NCBI GenBank assembly: GCA_040954595.2
Contig: CM082588.2
Span: 8,230,844 to 8,294,843 of the forward strand
Origin: Balanoglossus misakiensis
Taxonomy: Eukaryota; Animalia; Hemichordata
Reading direction: 5' to 3'
DNA: 64,000 nucleotides
The notes under the pieces were generated by a model. That model made no database searches and was not told where the DNA came from. It was given only the letters and a program-made list of their open reading frames with translations. A program made the position numbers and the translations under genes. This document shows, in pieces, positions 13,175 through 24,890 of this stretch. The first letter of the stretch is position 1. The number at the start of each line of letters is the position of its first letter.

Positions 13175-13615
13175 TTAATTCGGAGACACACGAATACTCC
13201 TCCTTCCGATCTTCTTCCAAAACCACCGGACAAGACGTTGTCTGAAACAAGGTAGACATCCGGTTGGTTTCTCTTCATCATCTTGAACGGGAACGGAGTT
13301 AGGGGACTCTTCAGTCTTCTTCACCTGGACGACGTCCACCGACTTCTTCCCCTTTCCTTTTCCTTTGCCCTTCTTTCCCTTTCCTTTGCCAGTGTCTTCG
13401 CTGTCCTCCTCGTCGGAAAAGACAAGGTAAAACGGTTCATCATTCACTTCCGTAAAAAAACCGGAATCCTGGTTTCCCGCGTCCTCGTCATCGCTTGACT
13501 CGGAATCATATCCGCGAATAGGCGGCAGGATTGGAAAGTTTGGGGATCTATAAATACCGGTACTGGTACTTGGCTGGCTGTCCAACCACTCGTAATAGTC
13601 TCCGTCTGTACCCAT
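13175..13615 (-). CDS. Orphan 146-aa acidic/basic protein, copy 1
   Basis: Intact ORF. The paralogue at 56661-57095 keeps the frame through several indels and conserves WLDSQPSTS, GCLPCF and the RRSIRVSPN C-terminus. Confidence 0.65.
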   Translation of the reverse strand: MGTDGDYYEWLDSQPSTSTGIYRSPNFPILPPIRGYDSESSDDEDAGNQDSGFFTEVNDEPFYLVFSDEEDSEDTGKGKGKKGKGKGKGKKSVDVVQVKKTEESPNSVPVQDDEEKPTGCLPCFRQRLVRWFWKKIGRRSIRVSPN

Positions 13616-14330
13616 GGGTACGCCAGGTACTACCAGGCAGAGAATGATCGTTAGCGATAAAAAAAATCATGGTGATGTTGTAGGGAAGTGTTGTTGAGTA
13701 TGTTACTCTGAAACTCTTGCCAAACATTCTAATTCTTCTTCGTTCTAAGAACGCGTCTGTGACGTCGCCAAATCATGAACTTCCCATGCTACACAGGGCG
13801 CGCTCAAATTGGCCGAGTGCTTCGCGTGTGCGTTCGTAGGCAGGCAGTGTATTTTCGCCTTTCAAAAGCAAAAGGCGTTGCAATGAGAAACTTATACATT
13901 CCGGATCAAAATTATGTGGAGAATAATTATAATTTTGTGGTTTAATGAGGGGGTTTATTTAAATGCGAAACAAAATAATCACTGCCAGATATGAAAGGGT
14001 AATTTCATCTTTTATTCGCTTTGTATCCTGTCTTTATTTATACTTATACTGTGCGACCGGGTTACTCAATGAGTATTTTGTAACGGGACTCAAAATATAC
14101 AGCATAAAAGAATCTCAATATAAAGATAGCATTTATATTACAAAGAGACCTTTTCTTTTATAAATTGTTCAATTTCATCTCAAAGGTTGTTATATTTGCA
14201 ACATGTCTCAATTCACCGGGTAAAGAATTCCACATGTGTGACGAGTGATATTTAGGTAAAACGTTATACATGTATTTACAATTGGATGAAAGTTGCATGA
14301 GACACTGCAGAATCTCTCACCAAGCTTTAA

Positions 14331-14647
14331 AAAGACAAAGTCTCTCTCTCGCTGCCCTTTTTTCATTAATTATGTTTGATACAAAACACCGTTTATGTTA
14401 TTCTACATGTGGATATATAGTGAATCAACGTTCAACCACAAACAACGTCCATCCCACTTGCAGGCACGAGAGTGAACCATTTATTCATTTTGGTGAGATT
14501 TTTACTCTCATATCCTACAAACAGGATGGAAGTTGTGAGTGGTTCAACGTTGATTCACTATATGTCCACATTTAGATTAACATAAACGGTGTTTTGTATC
14601 AAACATAATTAATGAAAAAAGGGCAGCGAGAGAGAGAGTTTGTCCCT
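14331..14647. mobile_element. TTAA-flanked MITE (Kolobok/piggyBac-type target site)
   Basis: ~60-bp arms at 14342-14400 and 14578-14638, with TTAA on both sides. Absent from the paralogous region near 57485, which lacks ~14015-15168. Confidence 0.6.
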
Positions 14648-16500
14648 TTAATTATGTCATTTAATTTACATAAACAAATTAAGCAGAAACACTTAGGCTG
14701 CATCAATTAATAATCATTCGCGTTTATACGCGTTGCCACAAGATGTTGGAAATGAAAATAGATGTTTAAATAGACTGTATTGTCGAGTCTCATATACCTA
14801 CATATACCAACCCCTGGTCAGCTTAACTTGGTGAAATACCAAAAATGCATTTATACAGATGCTACATTAGGAAAAGTACATAACAAAAGATATCGAGAAT
14901 TAATTATTTGTTTTAAAATTACATGGCTATATGAAGAGAAAAGTCATTGAATTCTCCATACATCACACTGAATGTTTTATCACTATATAGAAGAAGTTCA
15001 CATTTATTGTATGTTGTCCTAACTGGATATCTTGAATAACATGAAAGTTTCTATGCAAATAATTGCAATACAATAAATGTGACAAAAGAAATAAGACAAC
15101 ACACACTGCATCAAGCCCTGAATGAACCAATGACAATCGAGATATTTACTCTGAAAACCAATCATATCAAATTGTCGTCAAAACAGGCAATCAACAAATA
15201 AGTACTGTGACACTATAGTTTACACCACAAGAAAACTGCTGATGGTAGCTATGATGTGTCACACAGAAAAATAAATATGTCACACATCACATTATTTAGT
15301 TATCTGAAATGTTCAAATACAAGTAGTATGGTACAATGGGTATGACTGATCAAATACTTTACACTTGCGTGTCATCTTTTTAAACTTGAAAATGTTAATT
15401 TACCGCCAGCTATCGAAATACACTCACTGAATTGTAAACCACCTATCGTTTGATGGTCTACAGCATGTGGATAGAAAAATGTACAACATGGCAAAGAACA
15501 GTAAGGGCTTACAAGAAGAATATGTGACTCTGCAGAGGGCACTATTTTCTCCTGTACCCAAACTCAACAAGAGTGGACACAGCTTTTCTTACAAATGAGT
15601 TGTGATACCTTTCGTCATCTCTTGGTTCTTACATTTTTCTAAAAATGAAAAATTTCTGTGACAAAATGAGTTTTTCAAAGTAAAGTATGAACATTTTCTT
15701 TGCAATGTTTAAACAAATGCTTAATTCTAAGAAATACAAAACAACAACAGTTGAACACATTCTACAACTGAACTGATACAAGAGAAAACTATCTGCATAT
15801 TGGCGAAATAAATCCAAAAGTAACGAATAGTGCAAACACAAAAACTAATTCAAATTCATCTCCTGTAGAGCACACATGTGGTTATATGACACACAATTTA
15901 TATATCCACACACACAATATTTACTGTGTTATAGGGAAAGCCAAATAACAAATTGTAAATAATATATATAACGCTCGGAAAAATTTAAAGCTAGAATTGC
16001 CGGTTTTCAAGACAACTCCAAAACGTTGCTAACAGTCAGAATGAACATTTCAGGAAACATTTCTAAAATAAGACTTTTCACTGCAGTGTATGCAATTGGT
16101 TGGAAAGTGATGGACGCAACCACAAGATCGTTACAAGTAATTCTTAAAACACGTAGTAACGACACATCCCTCCATTGTTGATTCAAAATGATGTATGCTC
16201 ACAAATTTGTCTGACCAAGCCACTTTCCCCAGCTATACTCAAAGCCACACATGAACGTGTAAATTATTGTGAACTTTCAACTTTAGAAGGGTCGGTTTCG
16301 GTTGATTGGAAAGTACAAAATTTATGACAAACATATTATTACTATGAACAAACGATATTAGACAAAATTACTGAAATAATATTCATTTTGCAGGAGGCCT
16401 GTAGTTGGTTAACATGTTTGAGGCTCCCAGGAAATCGTTCTGTTTTGGTATCCCTAAATGATTTATTTCGTCACTTTCTAATTAGTGGTTTTCTTTACTG

Positions 16501-16790
16501 CTAATTACAAGCTACATTTTTTCTGTTCAGATAACATTGCTTTGTACTCCTGTGCATGCTTGCCCAAGGAATACTCCAGCCACAGGCTTCTGTTATGTTT
16601 AGGTATTTCAGTGCATTGGTAGAATCTTCTTGTGCTTGGTAAACTAGGCCCAGACTATAACATGCCCATAGAATGTGATATGGGTCAGAGAGGGTGCTGA
16701 TCAGATGGGTATATATTTCACATGCATCACTGTAGTTATTCAATAATGCGAGGACATGAACCATGATAAGAGACGCGATGGGATACAATT
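16501..16790 (-). pseudogene. Tandem duplicate of the last IFIT TPR repeats, downstream of the gene A stop codon
   Basis: YSDACEIYTHLISTLSDPYHILWACY duplicates YSDACEIYTHLISTLRDPYLISWACY at ~16970-17050. Confidence 0.7.
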
Positions 16791-16801
16791 AGTAATTTTC
16801 T

Positions 16802-18733
16802 TTATTGCTGATTGCAAAACTGGACCCGTTTCTTTTGTTGAGGGGGCTTTGTTTTCGCTTCCCGTGCCATTTTAGCCCAGGCATACTCCAGACCACACTC
16901 TTCTGCTTTGTTCATGTATTTCAGTGTATTGGCAGAGTCGCCCTTTGCTTGGTAAACTTCGGCAAGACGATAACATGCCCATGATATGAGATATGGGTCA
17001 CGGAGGGTGCTGATCAGATGGGTATATATTTCACATGCATCACTGTACTGTTTCAATAATCTGAGGGCATTGGCCTTCAAGAGAGAAGCATTGGGATACA
17101 AACCACCTGCATATGCAACTGCTTTGTCGAAACACTCTATGGCTTTTAGCAGGCACTGACGATTGCTTTCTATCGGATTGTGTTCGTATTTGGCCACATA
17201 TGTGGCTCCTACGTTCCACGCGAATGATGGATTGTCTGGATCTTGTGCTGCAGCATTGTGAATAACTTGCAGTACTTTCTCTAAGTCTCCAACATTGCTG
17301 TGGCAGTAATGATAACGTGCAGACTCCACCGCGAAATTGGATAAAGGGGTTAATTTGAGTGCTTTCTGGGTGAGTTGACCTGCTTCTTCATAGCGACCTT
17401 CATTGAGTGACAGGTCACTTAAAAGTGCCAAAGCATAGCTGTGATGGGCATTTTTCTTAAGAACCCTCTCAAGCAAATTTCTTTCTTGTGCCATTATTTG
17501 TAAAGCTTCCTGACATTTTGAATCTATACAGACACGATCACGTTTGTACGCAAAAGAGTATGCTTGCCAAAACAGCCAATCTGTTTGTTCTGGAAGTTCT
17601 ACTAAAGCATGATCAAAGCTATCAATTCCCTCATCACACGTTTTTTTGCGAAAATAAACAAGAGAGATACCCTTGTGAGCATATACATACGCTTTCTGTT
17701 TCCCTGACAATTTATCAAGTGACAAAGTTGCTATCAACTTAAGCGTTTCATCAACTCTGTCCATCTCACCCGACATGAAATGAACCCATGCTTTATCTGC
17801 AAGAAGAACCAACTTATCACCAAGTGGACCATCGTCGTCACCATCACAGCTGTCAAGTTCTTTCTGGTTGTCGGTGAGGGCGTCATCAAACCACTTCAAA
17901 GCGGCACTTGGATCTCTCTTGTCTTCCGATCTCAGTTTGGACATGTACAGGTAACCTTTCATAGCTTTATGGGGAACTGGAGAGAACGCCTGGTTGTGAT
18001 ATTTAAGGTCGTTGTCCAAATCCCACTGTAAGCGCTAAGTACATGGACAGACATGTTACAGTGTAATGTGAAAACACAGGTGCTTGTACAGATGCTATGT
18101 TGGTATTTTACTGATTGTAATTAAGGTAGCTAAAAACGATAAGATCTCCCGATTTCACGTCATACGAGCGCTCACACTATGTTCGGGCCTATACCCTACT
18201 GAAACATAAACAGATAAAGAAATCTCTTTATGTGTCAGTGGGGTATAGGCTCGAACTTGTCATATGACGCGAAATCGGGAGATTGTCTAAGCTACTGAGT
18301 TATCATTTATAGCCACCTTCCAATTAATAAAATACCTGTATGTGAAAACATCAGACGCATGATTGGAATGAAATAAGAAGATGTGATTGATGAAGAAAAC
18401 TCTAATGATTGACAAATTTTTAAATATTACACTTTAAATGATGCAAAAAGTGGATATTCAGCATGTTGCTTTTTATATTTCAATTTGCGTCATTATTAAC
18501 ATCTGAGAGGAATACACATTTCCTTGGTTTTCGTGACATTTCAAGAAGTCAGATACAGCTGTTCTGAAACGCTTTAAAATTTCACAAACCTGTACTTCAA
18601 ATGCAAACAAATGTCCTCACCTCAAAACTGTTGTCACAAAATTCTTCGAGTTTCCAGTTAAAGTGGCAGGGAAATCTTTGCAGTATTTCTTCATAGGACT
18701 TTGCTGTATGCTTCAATTCCGTTATGTGTGTAA
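16802..18733 (-). CDS. IFIT-like tetratricopeptide repeat domain (exons 18733-18621 and 18034-16802 of gene A)
   Basis: ILQRFPCHFNWKLEE matches the IFIT N-terminal CHFxW signature; LVLLADKAWVHFMSGE, YVYAHKG and multiple TPR helices follow. Confidence 0.8.
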
Positions 18734-21700
18734 CTGAAAATTCTATTCAATAGTAAAAACAAAGTTTGAGTGATAAACTGATTTCATGATTTTAATTTTA
18801 AATTGAAATTGGTCTATTGAAATGAGCTTTTTTATTGTGGTATCAACATTTTGGGAGAGAGTCGAGTTTGTATCAACCCGTGAATGCAATATATAAGTCA
18901 GCGCAACAACGTAAATTGTCTACCAAAAGAAAATAAACAACCAAAATATCCGGCATCAATATTGAGCGTTTTCGTTCCTTCGGTTTATCGAAGTGACATT
19001 ATTTTGGTAAAATCAAGTGAAATTGACGTAAACTAATAATTTAGTTTTAAAATAAATATGCCGGACCATGTTAAGTATAATCATTTTGCATAGAAGATCA
19101 ATTACAGGAAAAGGGGAAAAAACAAAGTGAAAAGGAAAGGTTTTTAGACCGAACTCTAAAATTCGCCTTTGTTCCTGGACACATGACTGTAATTGAAAAT
19201 AAATTCGGCCTATAATTGAATTTGTTGGGAGCACATTTTATTTATTTGGAGCAGATGATACAACGGATGGATAGATATGTTACAGATAACTGCATTACCT
19301 TCGATGTTCTTGTCTACAGGTGGCACAGTTGCAGTTTTCGTTTGCTGAAGTTCATCGATAGTCTGACGTAACTGTCGGATGCTGTCCTTTAGTTTGATGT
19401 TTTCATCCACGGTCGTACGTAACTCTTGATTTTCCTCTTTCACTTTGATATTTATCATGGTTAGCTTAGAACTTTGGTTTTCACTGCTCTTCAGCATTTC
19501 CTTCAGACGCTGACATGTCTGCTCAGTTTCTTCACTTTTCCCCTTAAGGATAGTATAGTCCGTCTTCCTGGATTGTAGTAGTTCTCGAATCTCCTTGTTT
19601 TCGTTAAAAAGCGAGGTGATGACAGAGAGATAGTTGTCTGTCGAGATTGGTTCCAAGACACGAGCAGCTCCTTCTTTTGAAAAAGATTCCGCCAGAATCT
19701 TGTACGATTCTTTGGTGCCAGTGTTCAAGATGTTGACGCCATTTTGATTGACCAATCTCTTCATTTCTGATGAGAATGTGATTCAACATTGTTATCAAAA
19801 TGTTATTTATTCTCGACATGCAAATCAATGGAAGAATAGTGCGAACCTGTCTCTAAGATCATAATTCCACATGCAAGCAGATAACCCAAAACAATCCATT
19901 TAGAACAATTTTCAGCAGTAAGCTTACTTAATTTAAAACTATTATATTGGCAATTTGTGGGCCTATTTCAGTGAGAAAAATGTCGTAGATCATTTTTTGA
20001 ACGAAAGATGAACATTCTAAATGTAGCTATCAACTACATGTATGTAGTGAACACGACTTTATTAGAGATCTGCAAATGCATTGGTAATCAAGGAGACCAT
20101 GAGTCTTCATCGTTAACATGAGCGTGTTCATTTGTCCAATACAATATTGTTTGGCCAAATTCCCTGCACTACGAGTTTTATGTTGACTTTAAAGGAATGT
20201 TTGTGAACACTGACCTTCTCTATCAAATCTGGATGTCTCTCCCTCTGGTAAGGTGATCGAAGACAGCTGTTGACTATCCAAAATCAAACACCGTCTGATT
20301 CCAAGGACACCAAGAACTTCTGGCCGTTCATCCAACAACGAAGACAGTTGTAGAGGGCGCTGTATTTTTATCAACAGTACGATTGGTGTCTGTGTGTCTC
20401 CCACATCAACATCTATCTCAGCTTCCAAAGTGCCGGAACCACCAAGTAGTTTTGATAAACCGATTCTGTTTTGGCGTGTGGCATAGACAGACCTGTCAGT
20501 CTCTACGGAAACAACTGCGCTCTTGGCATCTACATTCACAAACGACGCAGAGAAAGGCTCAATAAATGATATGCAGTCTCATAAAAGAGTATTTTTCAAC
20601 AGTATTTTTTCTTCTGGTTGAATTCTTAAGTGCTAATGAAAAAATCTTTGAACTCATAGACCGTACGTCAGTTAGAAACAAAAGCAGTCATAGAAACACC
20701 CAACTTGTAAAATAAGTCTTGCCAAATGTAATTACCTTGTTTAGTCAAAATCTTTCCAGGTTCTGTACACTTTTCTCCACACAAACCACAGACCTCAGAA
20801 GATTTCACTTCCGGTACATAGCCTATAATGATTAAAGTTACGAAATCGTCATGACATATATCGTTGAACGCATTGGCAATCTTGACAATAATCCTTAAGA
20901 ACGTGAGTGTACAAATAGAAAGTTTGACAAAGACACATCACAGACACGAGTCTGGAAATGAAATATTAACCAAAGGTTTCAGGTAAAATCCCTCAATTCA
21001 AACGAATACACAATGTTCGGCAACAATAACTACATTGTTAAACTATTAGACTTGCCTTCCTTGATGTACTTCAATTCTGCCAGACATCGTTGATATCTCC
21101 ATGTCTCTATGGTTGTCTTCAGATTAACGTCAGATACATTGAGTTTGTGGAGCAATTCGGGTGTGATCATGTCTGCCTTAAACAGATCTCCCAGTATCCC
21201 TTGCCTGTAGTCACGCCATAGTCTCTCCACTGACTTTGATGTCTGGCATACCAATACAACATTCAGACTGCCCCGCTTGATTTCTTCAATTTGTAAGTTT
21301 CCAACACTGTTGAGATGCTCTTTGACTTTTGGTAAATCGTTTTCAGAGTTGCTGTTGTTGATTATCTCATTTTCGATGAGTTCAACCTGGTCTGGAGTCA
21401 AGGTTGGGCCGGATACCTCCAGGCTAATCTCGATTTTACCTAAAATAACATCACTATATTAGATTCAATGTTTCGGTCTGTTTTCCAAAGTTACTTATTC
21501 AGAATTACTTTTTCGAAATGAAGGTACACAATATACAAAACGTCTGTTCATACAGTTTTAAAGCTTCAATTATTTCAACTTTAATAAGCCCTATCTATTT
21601 CATCTTCTGAAACAATAATATCCATCCCCATGATAGTCCGGCATGCGAAGGTCTTCAGTTATAGAGGAGAACTATTTGATTTCTGGAAAGGGGTGGAGTA

Positions 21701-23630
21701 TGTCACAAGGTTTTTCAGTCACTGTAGGCCTACAACAGTTTTTTTCGATTGTCTGTTTCCCTTTTACTTAAAGTAAAGGCATTGCATAAGCAATTACATT
21801 TCCTCATCATCATCTTCCAACAATTCTTCCTCAAAAAAACCATCCACCCCTAGAAAACAAATGGTTCTCCCCTTATTTGATTAGTTGAAATGACAGTCAA
21901 TTATGCAACAGCCTAGCCTACCCAGCTTAGATTTGAGAGTGTCTTCATGCGTTTGTCCAGCCTCAGGATTTTGTTGGCCACCTTCACCAGTTTTATTCAA
22001 ATCACCACTTTCTGGTCTATTGTTACTGGGGAGATCTTCAACCTGATTTTCTTTTTCGCTTCTACCGGAATTCGAGACTCGTTGTCCTTGGTCACGAACT
22101 GTTTTCTCTTCCCCTATGGACAAATGTGAAAAACTCAATTTACAATCACATTCACACCAATTGCTCAAATGCTTCACATTTAAATTGATTCTGGTAAACC
22201 ATTCAATTGCTTTTGTGTATTAAAATGCATTTTATGCAACGGTAAATCACTGAGAGGCTGTGGCTGTTAATATGTTAATATATTGTCATATTGTCATAAC
22301 TGTGTGTTGTCCAAAGCAACGTATACAGTGCGTGCAACATTCTCTTTATCTATCGCTATTTACCTTTGGAAGGCTCATCTGCAGGGTCATCGCATTCTGT
22401 AGGGCAAAATACACATTCCAACAGCTTGGTGTGATGGTCAGCAATAACACCATTCTCAGCGGATATTTGTAGTGCCGTCTTCAGTTCTTGTGCAGCATTC
22501 TTTGCACGGCCATATTCACTTAGGATATCCATGATAGCGCATACCCACTTTTCTTTTCCGCTGTCAAGACTTTCGCTCGGTCCTACGTCACAAGTTTGTA
22601 CACCAATGGAGGGGAAGTGATCCTTTAGGAATGTTGCCAGACCTGATTGCTCTGGATGTATTGTAGGCACACCAGCAGTGCAGGATAGAAGACCGAATAC
22701 ACCAAATGGGTCTCCTTTAGTTGTGCAATTTATCACGATGTCACACTGCTTCAAATCGTTCTTTAACTGGCTTATCGATGCGTTGTTGGGATACATGTGG
22801 ATATTTAATCGATCGGACATTGTCATCCTCTCTAGCCTCTGTTGACATTCCTCACACGGTTCAGAGGATACATATCCTCTTAACTTCCACTTGATTTGCG
22901 TAGAGAAATACTTGTATATGTCAGCAACTTTCCCCATGCCACGCGCTACTGCTTCAAATTCTTCCAGGTCACGTAGCCCTGTTATGGTATGTACAGATAG
23001 GACATTGATGGTTTTACGTAAACCGGTTTTATTCACGGAAAGATTGCCGACGTCTTTCTTCATGCAGGGAATGTATGCAACGTGCTCCACTTGTGAGTTT
23101 AACAAAGGTTGAATCTTCACCTCAAACTCCTCATATACTGATGGTCCAACGGAGAGACTAACAGAGCACTTTTTCGCATATTCCAGCATTTCATCATCTT
23201 TGGCAGCCAAGTCTGAAGGATCTAGGTTCATGTTTTCCGGTGTGTCAGAATAGACAGGAACAAATTCCGCAGTTGGAAAAACCTCTGCCTGAATACTCTT
23301 TGCTGTACTGGCAGTTCCATCCTTACAAGCAGTACCGTATATGGTCGTAATTGGGTGATATTTCTTTAACTGTTGAAAATAGTGTTCGTGTAAAATTAAC
23401 CAATCACTTGTCGGCTTCCCCTCTTTGGTTGGGAGAATCAGCTCTACTCTATGACACCTTGCTTCTTCAACTTCTTTGTCAGAAGCCTGTAACGCCATGA
23501 AGTAAACCTGGTTGTTTCCATCAGCAAGATCGATGGCCAATTGTCTCTCAGTAAGACATGTTGCAATATTGCGACTTCTCGGCCACCACTCCTCTCCGAC
23601 AACCAACATACGGTTCATCATATGTGCCAT
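16802..23630 (-). CDS. Gene A: GT4-like glycosyltransferase, TRADD-N-like, unknown domain, coiled coil, IFIT-like TPR; ~1352 aa in 8 coding exons
   Basis: Exons 23630-22364, 22113-21922, 21439-21056 (GC donor), 20822-20736, 20529-20215, 19766-19299, 18733-18621, 18034-16802. All have recognisable acceptors and donors; phases 1,1,1,1,1,1,0 sum to 4059 nt with no stop. The first six exons have matching boundaries in gene B. Confidence 0.75.
18121..18320. mobile_element. Degenerate palindromic MITE in the IFIT intron
   Basis: aaggtagctaaaaacgataa / atctcccgatttcacgtcata are mirrored by tatgacgcgaaatcgggagat / ttatcatttatagccacctt. Confidence 0.5.
19299..19766 (-). CDS. Coiled-coil exon of gene A (phase 1-1, 156 codons)
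   Basis: Heptad-rich ENQELRTTVDENIKLKDSIRQLRQTIDELQQ; paralogues at 46313-46780 and 43842-44198. Confidence 0.7.
20215..20529 (-). CDS. Unrecognised 105-aa domain exon of gene A (phase 1-1)
   Basis: Exactly 315 nt with conserved splice positions in all three copies (also 47233-47547 and 45501-45815). Confidence 0.65.
21056..21439 (-). CDS. TRADD-N-like domain exon of gene A
   Basis: IEEIKRGSLNVVLVCQTSKSVERLWRDYRQGILGDLFKADMITPELL fits the GS-strand-LxxLWxxYxxGxL pattern of TRADD-like N-terminal domains. Confidence 0.75.
22364..23630 (-). CDS. GT4 (GT-B fold) glycosyltransferase-like domain of the conflict-system type, gene A
   Basis: MLVVGEEWWP...RQLAIDLA, VSLSVGP, LKNDLKQCDIVI...DPFGVFGLLSCTAGVPTIHPEQSGLATFL, W...I, AQELK follow the layout of animal immune-associated GT4 domains. 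Confidence 0.8.
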
Positions 23631-24464
23631 TTCTAATTGAGAATAAAATATGTTCGTGTTTATAGAGTTATCAGGGAATATTTCCACGGCTCATTGAAAG
23701 AGGAATGCTATGGAAGGTACAATCATTATTGCTGCAGACTCCTTGGCCTGCCACTCGGTGGACTGTCTGTCTCACAAAGCTCCGAGTGAGGGGTAATATT
23801 TCGGATTCGCCGAAACAGTGGATGTTGTAATAGAAATACGTGTTGATACACGAAACGCTTAAAATCCCAGCTTTTCTTAAATAAGGTAAATGAATAGGAA
23901 AGGTCGCAGGTCACTATTTTGAGGTCTTGATATTTTATAATATGGCACTTTATTATACACCTACTGCTGTAACCTATGGAGTTCCGTAATACAATAATTC
24001 GCGGTATCACCGTACAATAATTATTCAAATGAGGACGCGGAGTCCCATAACCCACAGGGTTATGTGGACGCATATTTGACCTTTGACCTCACAGCTGTCT
24101 GATGTAAACAATGATGATATTACACCCTACTCTGACAAAATTGATATAAAAAGTACACAGCCGTTATTAAACAAAATTATTGGTGGCCCAAAATGCGAAA
24201 TAAGTCAAAATCCACGCTGAAATTTCAGTCGAAGGAATCTGTGAACGAACAGGCGAGCGCGTTCATTTCAAGTTCCAGAACGAGCGCAAGCAGCTGCAGC
24301 CTAGAACGTCGCGCGCGAGACAGGCAGTTCGACATCACCTGATGCGCGAGGTGAAGGCGCGTTCGATATGCAAATTACATCATGGCGGTGTCTGAAAACT
24401 AGAAAGTCCGATAGTGGCCAATTTATTCTTTATCGTTCATCAAGAACGTTCAGTAAAGGTGTAT

Positions 24465-24615
24465 AATAATAAGGTTATTCACAAAATACCGGGATTTATG
24501 TCCTCGTACATCGTACGCTTCGGTATTGTCCTCGACGCTGCGCGTCTCGGACAATACCTGCGCTGCACGATGTACTCGGACATAAATCCCGGTATTTTGT
24601 GAATAACCTTATATT
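24465..24615. repeat. Palindromic end of an insertion (~23950-24615) absent from the paralogous region
   Basis: ataaggttattcacaaaataccgggatttatgtcc is mirrored at ~24578-24612; the paralogue at ~51175 is continuous across the site. Confidence 0.6.
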
Positions 24616-24745
24616 ATAAGTCGCCTGTTCGTTTGTCTTAAATTCTACTATTAATAATTTTGTTAAAAAATTTGCGTACGGACTGACGTTGTTCCCCGCA
24701 AAAAACTGGCATTTTCTCCACGTGATATGAATATGAGATTAATAG

Positions 24746-24890
24746 AATCTCACACTCCCAAGGACCTGGGATCGTATTTCTCACACGAGTTGGGGATTTT
24801 TTGTCCCACACGAGCCGCAGGCGAGTGTGGGACAAAATATCCCCGACGAGTGTGAGAAATATGATCCCAGGTCCTTGGTGTGTGAGATTC
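24746..24890. repeat. Hairpin end of an insertion (~24740-25385) absent from the paralogous region
   Basis: gaatctcacac...tgtcccacacgagccgcaggcgagtgtgggaca...gtgtgagattc; empty site near 51305. Confidence 0.6.

Noticed and set aside
22364-23630. GT4 ORFs as bacterial contamination or prokaryotic defence genes
   Set aside because: They are flanked by spliceosomal sites, embedded among animal genes and animal transposons, and duplicated together with their introns.
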